Assembly: GCA_964441115.1 (NCBI GenBank)
Contig: CAYTXH010000002.1
Span: 23,994 to 56,963 of the forward strand
DNA from: an uncultured Gammaproteobacteria bacterium
GTDB taxonomy: Bacteria > Patescibacteriota > Microgenomatia > Daviesbacterales > UBA10151
Reading direction: 5' to 3'
DNA length: 32,970 bases
The translations under genes were made by a program, and so were the position numbers. This document shows positions 8,839 through 17,310 of the stretch, in pieces. Position 1 is the stretch's first letter. Each line of letters starts with the position of its first letter. Under the pieces are notes generated by a model. It saw only the letters and a program-made list of their open reading frames with translations. It was not told where the DNA came from and searched no databases.

Positions 8839-9471
8839 CTATTTAAAATTCTTCCAATATTGGCTGGCAATAGGCATCGGATTTGCTGAATATTCATTGC
8901 GATATTTTTTAGTACCTAAAACTTTGGCTCCATATAAATGTTGAGCGGGTGAAGTCAAAACATTAAATCGGATTTGGCCAACTGGCATACCTGGATAAAC
9001 GATTAACGGTTGCTCAGTTAAATTAGTAATCTCTAAAGTAATGTGACCATGAAAACCTGGATCAATAAACCCCGCAGTAGCATGAACTACTAAGCCCAGA
9101 CGACCCAAAGAACTTTTACCATCAACATTGGCAGATAACTGTGGTGGCATCGACACCCATTCTTCAGTAACTCCTAAAATAAATTCTCTTGGATGTAAAA
9201 CTGCACCCTTGTTTGGTGGAATAACTTCGTATTCCATAAAATCATCAATTGGCTTTTTCAAATCAATAGCACCATCACCAATTCTGCGTCGAGCAAAAAC
9301 TAATATATTTTTGCCCAAATGAACATCAATTGATGAAGGTTGAATATTTAAAGGATATGGGGACTGAACATCTAGATAATTTTGCTCTAAAGCCAATTTA
9401 ATATCTCGATCAGATAAGGTTCCGCCGCAATTAAGAAATGATAGATCTGTTGGTTGTTTAGGTTGAGCCAT
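8839..9471 (-). CDS. dcd: dCTP deaminase (dCTP deaminase/dUTPase superfamily)
   Basis: LSDRDI, SSIDVHLG, GKSSLGRLGLVVHATAGFIDPGFHGHITLEITNL and PVGQIRF are typical Dcd blocks. The stop codon abuts the thyX ATG with a 0-nt gap. Confidence 0.88.
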   Translation of the reverse strand: MAQPKQPTDLSFLNCGGTLSDRDIKLALEQNYLDVQSPYPLNIQPSSIDVHLGKNILVFARRRIGDGAIDLKKPIDDFMEYEVIPPNKGAVLHPREFILGVTEEWVSMPPQLSANVDGKSSLGRLGLVVHATAGFIDPGFHGHITLEITNLTEQPLIVYPGMPVGQIRFNVLTSPAQHLYGAKVLGTKKYRNEYSANPMPIASQYWKNFK

Positions 9472-9557
9472 GTTTTAAATCTTTACTAAATCTATACGAC
9501 AAGTTTGGTTTTTGCAAGTAACAAAAACTATTTGCTTAATATTTTTAGACTTTTGAG

Positions 9558-10310
9558 TTAACGATGATATCTTAGAATCTCAGATTGATCCCGGACTTGG
9601 TCAAAGTTGAATTGCCGACAATCACAGGGATTTTGGAGACAAGTTCTACATAATGGCCAATAACGTTCAACTACTGCTGACTGAAGATCGATATCTAACA
9701 TATTGGCGACAGCGATAGTTCGCGCTGTACAATCAGCTAATTCTAACCGATATTCATGTTCAATCTCTGCACGGGAGATACCGGGCATCATAACTTTTCC
9801 TTCTTCCACAGTTACTAATTCACCAATCTCCGCGCTAAGCCGATTCATATTGTATTCCAAACCTTTTTGGCGATTATGTGGTCCATAAAGACGGCCTAAA
9901 TGTTCTTGGTAATCCCGCAAACTCCAACTATGTTGGACACTAATGGGGTCAATATTACTTAATTGAGCAGCAAATCTTTTTTCCTGACAATTGCAAGGGA
10001 AATTACCACAATAGGCACAACCATTTAATGGATATTTAAGCATCATGCCATCATTAACAGAAACATTATTTATTCCGTGGGCAACACAAAAAATTCTAGA
10101 GATAATTCGAGCAGCTAAATGTTGTGACTCATGATGACCGAATCCCTGACGTTGACCATGCTGAAAATCATTAACTGCCATAGTCAGCATATTAATTCTA
10201 CGGTTTCTACCAGGGAGCCAAACATTATTCCGTGGGCCATATAGCTCAACGAAATGTTGTTGTAGTTCATTTAAAGTATGAGGTGGGCGTGAAAGGGTTT
10301 CTAATCCCAT
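9558..10310 (-). CDS. Tandem MazG-like (all-alpha NTP pyrophosphohydrolase-like) protein with two CxxCx4CxC motifs
   Basis: There is an internal duplication: LNELQQHFVELYGPRN (13-28) versus LRDYQEHLGRLYGPHN (131-146). Each half ends in CxxCx4CxC (C98/101/106/108 and C221/224/229/231). Only the second half keeps an acidic ExxE (E161IGE164) and ExxD (E190LAD193) pair of the MazG type. Confidence 0.55.
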   Translation of the reverse strand: MGLETLSRPPHTLNELQQHFVELYGPRNNVWLPGRNRRINMLTMAVNDFQHGQRQGFGHHESQHLAARIISRIFCVAHGINNVSVNDGMMLKYPLNGCAYCGNFPCNCQEKRFAAQLSNIDPISVQHSWSLRDYQEHLGRLYGPHNRQKGLEYNMNRLSAEIGELVTVEEGKVMMPGISRAEIEHEYRLELADCTARTIAVANMLDIDLQSAVVERYWPLCRTCLQNPCDCRQFNFDQVRDQSEILRYHR

Positions 10311-10343
10311 ATTATGGGGTATTATACACTGCTACTAAATAAT

Positions 10344-11021
10344 TTAGATAGCTATTTGATTAATCTGTTTAATTTTTCGAATCGGGCCGACGAATTGACT
10401 GACAACTTTATATGCATTGTCACAAACTGTTTCTAAATCTTGATTAGCATCAATAATAGCCCAAGGATTTGTGTGATATTTTTGATGATTTTTCGCCATC
10501 TCGAGATAACCATTTTGACGTTTCTCTAAACCCTCTATTCTTGAATGATCAAAATAATTGGCATCAATCGATTTAGCTTGTTGAACACGAGCAATCCCAG
10601 TGGCGATCTCAACATCAAGTAATAAAGTGAGATCTGGCTTAACGCCATCAGTTCCAAAATTGTTAATCTGCTGAACTAATTCAAAATCTAAACCATATTC
10701 GAATGCTTGGTAAGCAAAAGAACTATTTTCGGACCTGTCAGAAATGATTATTTTACCTTGTTCTAAGGCTGGAAGGATTGTTTGAATAATATTTCTTCTT
10801 CTGGCCAGAATAAAGCCTAATAACTGACTTTTCGGATCATCTTTAATACTTGGAGAAAAGATTAATTGCCTCATGGCTTCGGAATATTCGTTTCCTCCTG
10901 GCTCTCGAGTAGTAATAACATCGTAGCCTTCAAAAGCTAATTTAACAGCTAATCTTTCTTGAACAGTAGTTTTACCAGAACCATCCCCGCCTTCTAAAGC
11001 AATCCAATAGCCTTGCTTCAT
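10344..11021 (-). CDS. tmk: Thymidylate kinase
   Basis: P-loop IALEGGDGSGKTT, TREPGG and a DR motif (ISDRSENSSFAYQ) are present. 225 aa. The ATG overlaps the dut stop (TAATG). Confidence 0.9.
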   Translation of the reverse strand: MKQGYWIALEGGDGSGKTTVQERLAVKLAFEGYDVITTREPGGNEYSEAMRQLIFSPSIKDDPKSQLLGFILARRRNIIQTILPALEQGKIIISDRSENSSFAYQAFEYGLDFELVQQINNFGTDGVKPDLTLLLDVEIATGIARVQQAKSIDANYFDHSRIEGLEKRQNGYLEMAKNHQKYHTNPWAIIDANQDLETVCDNAYKVVSQFVGPIRKIKQINQIAI

Positions 11022-11461
11022 TATTTTGATTTTTCCTTTTGATCGCTAGTTCCAAAGCCTCCCCGATTAGCCCTATTCATAGTGTCGACCTCTTCCCATT
11101 CGGCGATATCAATCCGCACAAAAGCAGCTTGGCCTAATCTTTCACCACGCTCGACGGTCACTGGCTGATTCTGAAAATTATAAAACTGGAGCAAGAGTTC
11201 ATCTTCGTCACCACAAAAATCCTGATCAATAAAACCAGCAGTGCAGATTAAACCTTTTTTCTTAGCAGTACTGGAACGATCTTTGAGAAACAACATATAC
11301 CCCTTAGGGATCTCGACAACAATATTAACAGGAATTCTTTCAACAGATTGGGGTGGTAAAACTACAGTGGTTCGAGCGATCACATCAAAAGCCACAGCAC
11401 CGCTGGTGTGATATTCAGGCAGTGGTAAATCTTTATCAATTCGCTTTATCCGAACTTTCAT
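11021..11461 (-). CDS. dut: dUTP diphosphatase (trimeric dUTPase)
   Basis: Motifs GAVAFDV, DRSS, GFIDQDFCGDEDE, RLGQ and the C-terminal RGGFGTSD are present. 146 aa. Confidence 0.9.
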   Translation of the reverse strand: MKVRIKRIDKDLPLPEYHTSGAVAFDVIARTTVVLPPQSVERIPVNIVVEIPKGYMLFLKDRSSTAKKKGLICTAGFIDQDFCGDEDELLLQFYNFQNQPVTVERGERLGQAAFVRIDIAEWEEVDTMNRANRGGFGTSDQKEKSK

Positions 11462-11499
11462 GAGCTGGATACTACCCTACACTAGTCTAGTCGGAGTTT

Positions 11500-12249
11500 T
11501 CAATAACCAAGATGCTGATTACCACGCAAAAGATCAGCAGTTAAAGGATCTAAAAATGATCCGCGCACAGGATTTCTATCATACCTACGTAACCGTTCTT
11601 CTATCTGGCTTTTACTATTAGCGCATAAGTCATTGGCTAATAAATATGAATTCCAATCCAAAATCTCTATTACTTTTTCTAATATCTCGATTGGCCATGA
11701 AAGTAAATCGCCTTTAAAACCTTTCGGTAGAGTAATATCACCTACTAATTTGCCTTCGTCGGGAATGGTATATCCTTCTTCATATACAATTAATAGTCTT
11801 TTAACGCTAGCATTCGAAATACTGTCCAAATTATGAATAACACCTAACATCCGAGAACTGGTAGCGATATATCGATTAGGATTAATTACTAATTTTTTTA
11901 AAATAGACTGTCGTGATACATTTTCAAAAACATCAGGTGTAAATGGCTCAAGATCTTCAGCAGTTAATGGGGTATTCCAAAGTAAGCTTCGCTGCTTGGC
12001 TCCACCTGAAGAACGAAGCAAATATTTTTGCTCAGTTTGACCTTGATTAATTTTAACGCAGGTGGCAACGTTTAACAAAATATCTTTGTCAGAATCCGCC
12101 TCTTTAGGCAGTAAATACTGAATGTGACTCCCTATATCGCTTAAACCCGTTGATGAATAATCAATAGGGGTCATTAAAGGTGATGGAAAGTTATCTTTAA
12201 CAAATCCAATCGGTACATAAGCAAATCGTTTAGCTGGTTCTTTTGGCAT
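11500..12249 (-). CDS. Hypothetical protein (249 aa) between pyrG and dut
   Basis: Long ORF in the operon frame, with only a short antisense competitor. The segment KYLLRSSGGAKQRSLLWNTPLTAEDLEPFTPDVFENVSRQSILKKL loosely resembles a Nudix-fold core with a degenerate Nudix box. This is a weak manual impression only. Confidence 0.6.
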   Translation of the reverse strand: MPKEPAKRFAYVPIGFVKDNFPSPLMTPIDYSSTGLSDIGSHIQYLLPKEADSDKDILLNVATCVKINQGQTEQKYLLRSSGGAKQRSLLWNTPLTAEDLEPFTPDVFENVSRQSILKKLVINPNRYIATSSRMLGVIHNLDSISNASVKRLLIVYEEGYTIPDEGKLVGDITLPKGFKGDLLSWPIEILEKVIEILDWNSYLLANDLCANSKSQIEERLRRYDRNPVRGSFLDPLTADLLRGNQHLGY

Positions 12250-12266
12250 ATTGGCCGATTATATAT

Positions 12267-13886
12267 CTATAGGATAGTTGATGCAACTTTTAAAAATCCT
12301 TTGAATAATGGATGCGGATCTAAGGGGCGGGATTTCAATTCTGGATGAAATTGAGTGGCGATAAAGAATGGATGATCTTTTAATTCGATGACTTCTACTA
12401 ATTTATTATCTGGTGAGGTTCCAACAACTGATAACCCAGCTTTCTCCATCTTTTTGCGATAAACGTTATTAAACTCATACCGATGACGATGGCGTTCTGA
12501 GATCTTACTTTTACCATATAAAGAACGACTTTTACTGCCTGCGGCTAAAACACAATCCCAAGCGCCCAATCGCATAGTTCCACCATATTCATTAGCTAAT
12601 AACTTTTTCTCTTGATCTGGCATTATGTGAATAATTGGATCTTTAGCCTTTGGATCAACTTCAGTTGAGTTGGCATCTTTTAATCCCAAGACATTTCGAG
12701 CGAATTCAACACTAGCTAATTGCATACCATAACAAAGTCCTAAGTAAGGAATTTTATGTTCACGGCTATAGCGAATCGCTTCTAATTTACCGTCAATATC
12801 TCGAGACCCAAAACCACCTGGAACAATAATTCCTTGATATTCAGCTAACAAATCTGGATTTTTAATAACTTTGCTAGCATCAATCCAAGCGATCTCTGGT
12901 TTAATACCTAATTCTGCTCCTGCATGTTTTAAAGCTTCGATAACTGAGATATAGGAATCGGCTAGAGTGTAATCACCAGTCGCAAAATATTTCCCAACGA
13001 TAGCAATTTTTAAAGTTTTTTTGGTGTTCTTAATATTGTTAACAAATTTTTGCCAATCAGCCATTTTGCTAGCCTTAGCTGGTAAATGGACTTTGGACAG
13101 TACTCTTTGAGTTAATTGTTGTTGATGAAAATTCAACGGTACGTCATAAACTGAGGCCACATCTGGTGCCGAGATGACATCTTCAGGTTCTAAACCGGTG
13201 GAGATGGCTAGTTTGCGGATTCGAGGTGCATCAAGCGGAGTTTGGGCTCGAGCTAAAATAATATCGGGTTGAATACCGACCGCATTTAAATCTCGGACCG
13301 ACATTTGCGCGGGTTTACTTTTCATCTCGCCGATGGATGGGATAACTGGTAAATAAGTGATATGAATATGCGCCACATCTTCGGGTCGTTTTAACTTTAA
13401 TAGTCGATTAGTTTCCAGGAAGAGCATATTTTGATACTCACCAGCAGTTCCACCTATTTCAATCAAAACTATATCGGCATTTTTACTTTTTCCAGCTAAA
13501 TTAATCCGACTCAAGATCTCTTGGGTGATATAACTAACCACATCAACACATTCACCGCCATATTCGAGATTTCGTTCTTTTTGGATAACATTTAAATAAA
13601 TACTGCCTTGAGTGGCAATACTATTTTTATTTAATGTTTCATTTAGGAATCGTTCATAATGACCGAGGTCTTGATCGGTTTCAGCACCATCATCCAGAAC
13701 AAAAGTTTCGCCATGTTCAATTGGATTCATTGTTCCCGCATCGACATTTAAATAAGGATCCATTTTAAGAGGAACAACTTTATAACCTGCAGATTTTAAA
13801 AGTAGACCAATTGAGGCAACCGCGATGCCTTTACCAATACCAGAGATAACACCACCTGAGACAAAAATATATTTCATAAGATTCAT
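12267..13886 (-). CDS. pyrG: CTP synthase
   Basis: KYIFVSGGVISGIGKGI, the GATase GLCYGMQ and HRHRYEFN are present. 539 aa. The true start may be the second ATG at 13877 (MKYIFVSGG). Confidence 0.95.
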   Translation of the reverse strand: MNLMKYIFVSGGVISGIGKGIAVASIGLLLKSAGYKVVPLKMDPYLNVDAGTMNPIEHGETFVLDDGAETDQDLGHYERFLNETLNKNSIATQGSIYLNVIQKERNLEYGGECVDVVSYITQEILSRINLAGKSKNADIVLIEIGGTAGEYQNMLFLETNRLLKLKRPEDVAHIHITYLPVIPSIGEMKSKPAQMSVRDLNAVGIQPDIILARAQTPLDAPRIRKLAISTGLEPEDVISAPDVASVYDVPLNFHQQQLTQRVLSKVHLPAKASKMADWQKFVNNIKNTKKTLKIAIVGKYFATGDYTLADSYISVIEALKHAGAELGIKPEIAWIDASKVIKNPDLLAEYQGIIVPGGFGSRDIDGKLEAIRYSREHKIPYLGLCYGMQLASVEFARNVLGLKDANSTEVDPKAKDPIIHIMPDQEKKLLANEYGGTMRLGAWDCVLAAGSKSRSLYGKSKISERHRHRYEFNNVYRKKMEKAGLSVVGTSPDNKLVEVIELKDHPFFIATQFHPELKSRPLDPHPLFKGFLKVASTIL

Positions 13887-13929
13887 GGGGGAGACATCAT
13901 GCGCTCGCCTTAAAGGCTCCCGACCCCCA
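13887..13929 (-). promoter_or_regulatory. GC-rich leader element abutting the pyrG start codon
   Basis: The minus-strand RNA would read UGGGGGUCGGGAGCCUUUAAGGCGAGCGCAUGAUGUCUCCCCC-AUG. GGGGG or GGGAG can pair with the CUCCCCC tract directly 5' of the AUG. An inner GCC-UUUAA-GGC hairpin is also present. This is a local GC island in AT-rich spacer. Confidence 0.35.
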
Positions 13930-14085
13930 TTTTTTAATGTTAATTTTTAACCAGCAGAGCTGAATTAAAAACTTATTACAACATTAACTTCAACGAGTCT
14001 AGCTGACTAACCAAAACCAATCAAGAGATTAAACTACAGACTATGTTAATATATGGTGTGCTTTGCCCACTAATTGATTAATCCA

Positions 14086-14526
14086 CTACTTTGGACGTAA
14101 ATGAGTTAACCAAAAACCAATCATAACTACAGACCACCAACCTATTTGAGAGATAAGTGTAGTTATGGTCATCACAATTTTTGTTTCTAAGGAAATAACT
14201 TGCTTTGGGTGTTTAGCTATTCCTGTTAATCGATTTTTCAGTAGATGTAACCAAATTCCATTGATCCCGAGTAATAAAACTAAATAAAACTTACTCTGAA
14301 GAGTCACCGATCTTGGCCAATGCCAATCAATAATCCAGAAACCGGTAATAATTGCCCCAAACCAACCTACCCAAATGAGCTTTTGTGTGATGTCAGCTAC
14401 TGCCATCACTTCAGAGAGAGTTTTACGTTTTAGCAGCCATAATAGCCCGAAAGTATCAACTACAATTACAGATCCGAAACCGATTATTACTGATATTAAA
14501 TGTAGAAAAACCTCAATTTTATCCAT
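14086..14526 (-). CDS. Small integral membrane protein (about 4 TM segments), translationally coupled to topA
   Basis: 146 aa with four hydrophobic stretches. The ATG shares one base with the topA stop (TAATG at 14528-14524). Confidence 0.65.
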   Translation of the reverse strand: MDKIEVFLHLISVIIGFGSVIVVDTFGLLWLLKRKTLSEVMAVADITQKLIWVGWFGAIITGFWIIDWHWPRSVTLQSKFYLVLLLGINGIWLHLLKNRLTGIAKHPKQVISLETKIVMTITTLISQIGWWSVVMIGFWLTHLRPK

Positions 14527-16586
14527 TAAGATTCAGATTCAGCAGAGCTCTTTTCAGTTCCTGGTTTTGTCCAAGTAGCATAATCACAGTTGGGATAATT
14601 TTTACAGCCATAGAACATTCGACCTTTTTTGGTCCGACGGGCAACGATTTCACCTTGATCTTTTGGACATTTAGCTTCGATCTTCTCCTCCATTGCCTCG
14701 GTATGTTTACACTCTGGGAATCCGGAACATGCAAAGAATTTACCAAACCTTCCAGTTCTAACCACTAAAGATTTGCCGCATTTTGGACAATTTCGATCAC
14801 TCACTTCAACTTCAACTTTGACTTTTTCAGCAGTATCTCGGGTTTGGGCAATTTTTTGCTCAAGCGGTTGATAAACTTTACTTAAAGTTTGCTGCCATGG
14901 TTGCTCTCCTCGCGAAATAGCATCCAAATTTTCTTCCATTTCAGCGGTAAAGGTGTAATCAAAGGTTTCAGGGAAATGCTGGACTAAGAAGTCACTGACA
15001 GTCATACCTAAAGAGGTTGGCAAGAATTTTCTCTCCTGGCGTTCCACATAAAATCTTTCTTGAATCGTAGATAAAATCGGAGCATAAGTTGATGGGCGTC
15101 CAATGCCGAGCTCTTCTAGTTTTTTAACTAAAGTCGCCTCAGTAAATCGTGGGGGTGGTTCTGTGAAATGTTGTTCAGGCAGTAATTCTAATAATTCTAA
15201 TCCTTGATTAACTGCTAATTGAGGCAAAATTTGTTGGCGATCTTGAGGTGAATCAGTTTGATTTCCTTCAGTATCTTCTTGAGCTTTATCAGTTGTGCCC
15301 TTATTAACACCGTAAAGTTTTAGCCAACCATCAAATTGAATAACTGAACCAGTGGCTTTTAATAAATATTCGCCAGCACTAACTTCGATGGTCGTTTGTT
15401 TGAGAACAGCTTCGGCCATTTGTGAAGCTAATAATCGCTTCCAAATCAATTCATAAAGTTTTTGATGATCTTTTGTAATATTGACTCCTTCAAGTGTCGC
15501 AGCTGTAACTGCTAGATTGGTGGGACGAATCGCTTCATGAGCTTCTTGGGCATTTTTAACTTTAGATTTAAATTGACGTGGAGTTGCCGGTAAATATTCT
15601 TTGCCGTAATTTTGAGCTAAATAGTCTCGACTGGCAGCCAAAGCTTGAGCAGATAAATTAACTGAATCAGTTCTCATATAAGTAATAAAACCTTGCTCAT
15701 AAAGATTTTGAGCTAACATCATGGTTTTTTTAGCTGAGTAGCCTAATCTATTACCAGCAGTTTGTTGTAATGTTGAAGTAGTAAATGGTGCTGACGGATT
15801 TCTTTTTACTTCTTTTTCAATGACATTGCTGACTTGATAAGTTGCAGATTGCAATGCACTGACATGTTGATCCGCTTGCTCTTTGTTACTGACGACTAGT
15901 TTTTGGCCTTGGAATTCAACAACTGCAGCAGTAAACTTGGCAGCTTCAGCTTGTTTAGCTTCTAAATCGGCTTCAATACTCCAATATTCAATGGTTTGAA
16001 AAGCTTGTATCTCTCGTTCTCTCTCAACAATCAATCTTAAGGCAACTGTTTGAACTCGACCTGCTGAGAGTCCTCGTTTTACTTTTTCCCATAATACTGG
16101 AGATAATTTATAACCGACAACTCGATCCAAAACGCGACGAGCTTGTTGAGCATCAACTAAATTGATGTTTAGATCTCGAGGATGATTAAAAGCATCAATA
16201 ATGGCATCTTTGGTAATTTCATGAAATTCGACCCGTTTAATATTCTCGGTATTTAAAGTAGTGGCTTTTTTAGATTTTGACTTAACTTCACCAGTCAAAA
16301 TTTGCTGCAAGTGCCAAGCGATAGCTTCTCCTTCACGATCAGGATCTGTGGCGAGCCACAAATTTTTAGCTTCAGAAGCTAGTTTTTGGAGTTCATTAAC
16401 TTTTTTTCGTTTATCGCGGGGAATAACATATTGAGGATTAAAATTATCTTCTAAATCTACCCCAAATTCTCCTTTTGGCAAATCTCGAATATGACCCATG
16501 GAGGCTTCAATTTTATAACCACTACCTAAAAACTTAGCTAGTGTTTTGGCTTTGGTAGGTGACTCAACGATGACAAGGTTATTCAT
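14526..16586 (-). CDS. topA: DNA topoisomerase I (type IA) with C-terminal zinc ribbons
   Basis: TOPRIM start LVIVESPTKAKTL and active-site region GFITYMRTDS are present. The C-terminal ribbons are CPKCGKSLVVRTGRFGKFFACSGFPECKH and CPKDQGEIVARRTKKGRMFYGCKNYPNCDY. Confidence 0.95.
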   Translation of the reverse strand: MNNLVIVESPTKAKTLAKFLGSGYKIEASMGHIRDLPKGEFGVDLEDNFNPQYVIPRDKRKKVNELQKLASEAKNLWLATDPDREGEAIAWHLQQILTGEVKSKSKKATTLNTENIKRVEFHEITKDAIIDAFNHPRDLNINLVDAQQARRVLDRVVGYKLSPVLWEKVKRGLSAGRVQTVALRLIVEREREIQAFQTIEYWSIEADLEAKQAEAAKFTAAVVEFQGQKLVVSNKEQADQHVSALQSATYQVSNVIEKEVKRNPSAPFTTSTLQQTAGNRLGYSAKKTMMLAQNLYEQGFITYMRTDSVNLSAQALAASRDYLAQNYGKEYLPATPRQFKSKVKNAQEAHEAIRPTNLAVTAATLEGVNITKDHQKLYELIWKRLLASQMAEAVLKQTTIEVSAGEYLLKATGSVIQFDGWLKLYGVNKGTTDKAQEDTEGNQTDSPQDRQQILPQLAVNQGLELLELLPEQHFTEPPPRFTEATLVKKLEELGIGRPSTYAPILSTIQERFYVERQERKFLPTSLGMTVSDFLVQHFPETFDYTFTAEMEENLDAISRGEQPWQQTLSKVYQPLEQKIAQTRDTAEKVKVEVEVSDRNCPKCGKSLVVRTGRFGKFFACSGFPECKHTEAMEEKIEAKCPKDQGEIVARRTKKGRMFYGCKNYPNCDYATWTKPGTEKSSAESES

Positions 16587-16681
16587 AAATTGGCTATCAT
16601 TAACACATTACATCATCCGACAGACCTGATGATAGATGCTAAATGTGCTTCCAAATATTGTAACCTTAGTGTCAAGAGGGG

Positions 16682-17293
16682 TTAGCGAGTAGGTTGCATT
16701 GCAGCTTTATTTAATGCTTCTAATCTATCCGTATTGATATTAGGACAATAAGGCTGGACAGCCTCTTTTAAAATACTTGCTCTGAAAGTTAATTTCTCAT
16801 CTTTAAATGTTACTTCTGCAATATCTATTGAGTAAAAATGACCATGTTTAATGACTATATTTCCTTCTCCTCGAACACTACCAAAGGTTCCAATCCCAGT
16901 TGCTACATGACGAGTATCACTACCACCACTACTAATCATAATTTCTTTTGAAGTTTGTTCATCTCTAATAAAAACGGCTAATCCTTTTGGCTCTTGTCCT
17001 TTTATTCTTAAATCTTCTCCTTTGATAGAAACTCGAATATGTGCGGGGAAATTTGGAGTTTGTTCGACACAGCTGGTACTAATTACTGCTCTTGGAGCTG
17101 GGAACTCAGTTGCTGTTGGTAAAACTTTAGTGACTGAAGTTGGTGCTTCAACTTGTGAAGATCGGCTATTATCTTCGTGGATAGCACCTAAGGTAATTGC
17201 GCCTGCAGCCAATGTAACAGCTGCGGCTACTTGTCCGACTCTTTTAGCAAATTCTTTTGATTCCATGTATGAATAATAGCATTTTTTTAACAA
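16682..17293 (-). CDS. Hypothetical N-terminally anchored/secreted protein
   Basis: ORF of 203 aa. The likely true start is M10 (ATG 17266), giving MESKEFAKRVGQVAAAVTLAAGAITLGA, followed by a beta-rich soluble part with two Cys. Confidence 0.6.
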   Translation of the reverse strand: MLKKCYYSYMESKEFAKRVGQVAAAVTLAAGAITLGAIHEDNSRSSQVEAPTSVTKVLPTATEFPAPRAVISTSCVEQTPNFPAHIRVSIKGEDLRIKGQEPKGLAVFIRDEQTSKEIMISSGGSDTRHVATGIGTFGSVRGEGNIVIKHGHFYSIDIAEVTFKDEKLTFRASILKEAVQPYCPNINTDRLEALNKAAMQPTR

Positions 17294-17310
17294 AGTGTCA
17301 AACTATAGGA

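Noticed and set aside
9128-9888. Two short plus-strand ORFs (9128-9322 and 9703-9888)
   Set aside because: They are antisense to dcd and to the tandem MazG-like gene respectively. Both are short and have no motifs.
11633-11836. 67-aa plus-strand ORF
   Set aside because: It is antisense within the 249-aa operon ORF. The longer ORF fits the operon spacing.
13887-13929. Classical terminator-type attenuator upstream of pyrG
   Set aside because: The GC stem is followed directly by the AUG, not by a U-tract. Only a translational or TSS-level mechanism would fit.
14375-14746. ORFs 14375-14578 (+) and 14519-14746 (-)
   Set aside because: They overlap the membrane-protein gene and the topA zinc-ribbon region, which are well supported.
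17022-17276. 84-aa plus-strand ORF
   Set aside because: It is antisense to the 203-aa anchored-protein ORF. That ORF fits the co-directional operon and has a paralogous N-terminus next door.
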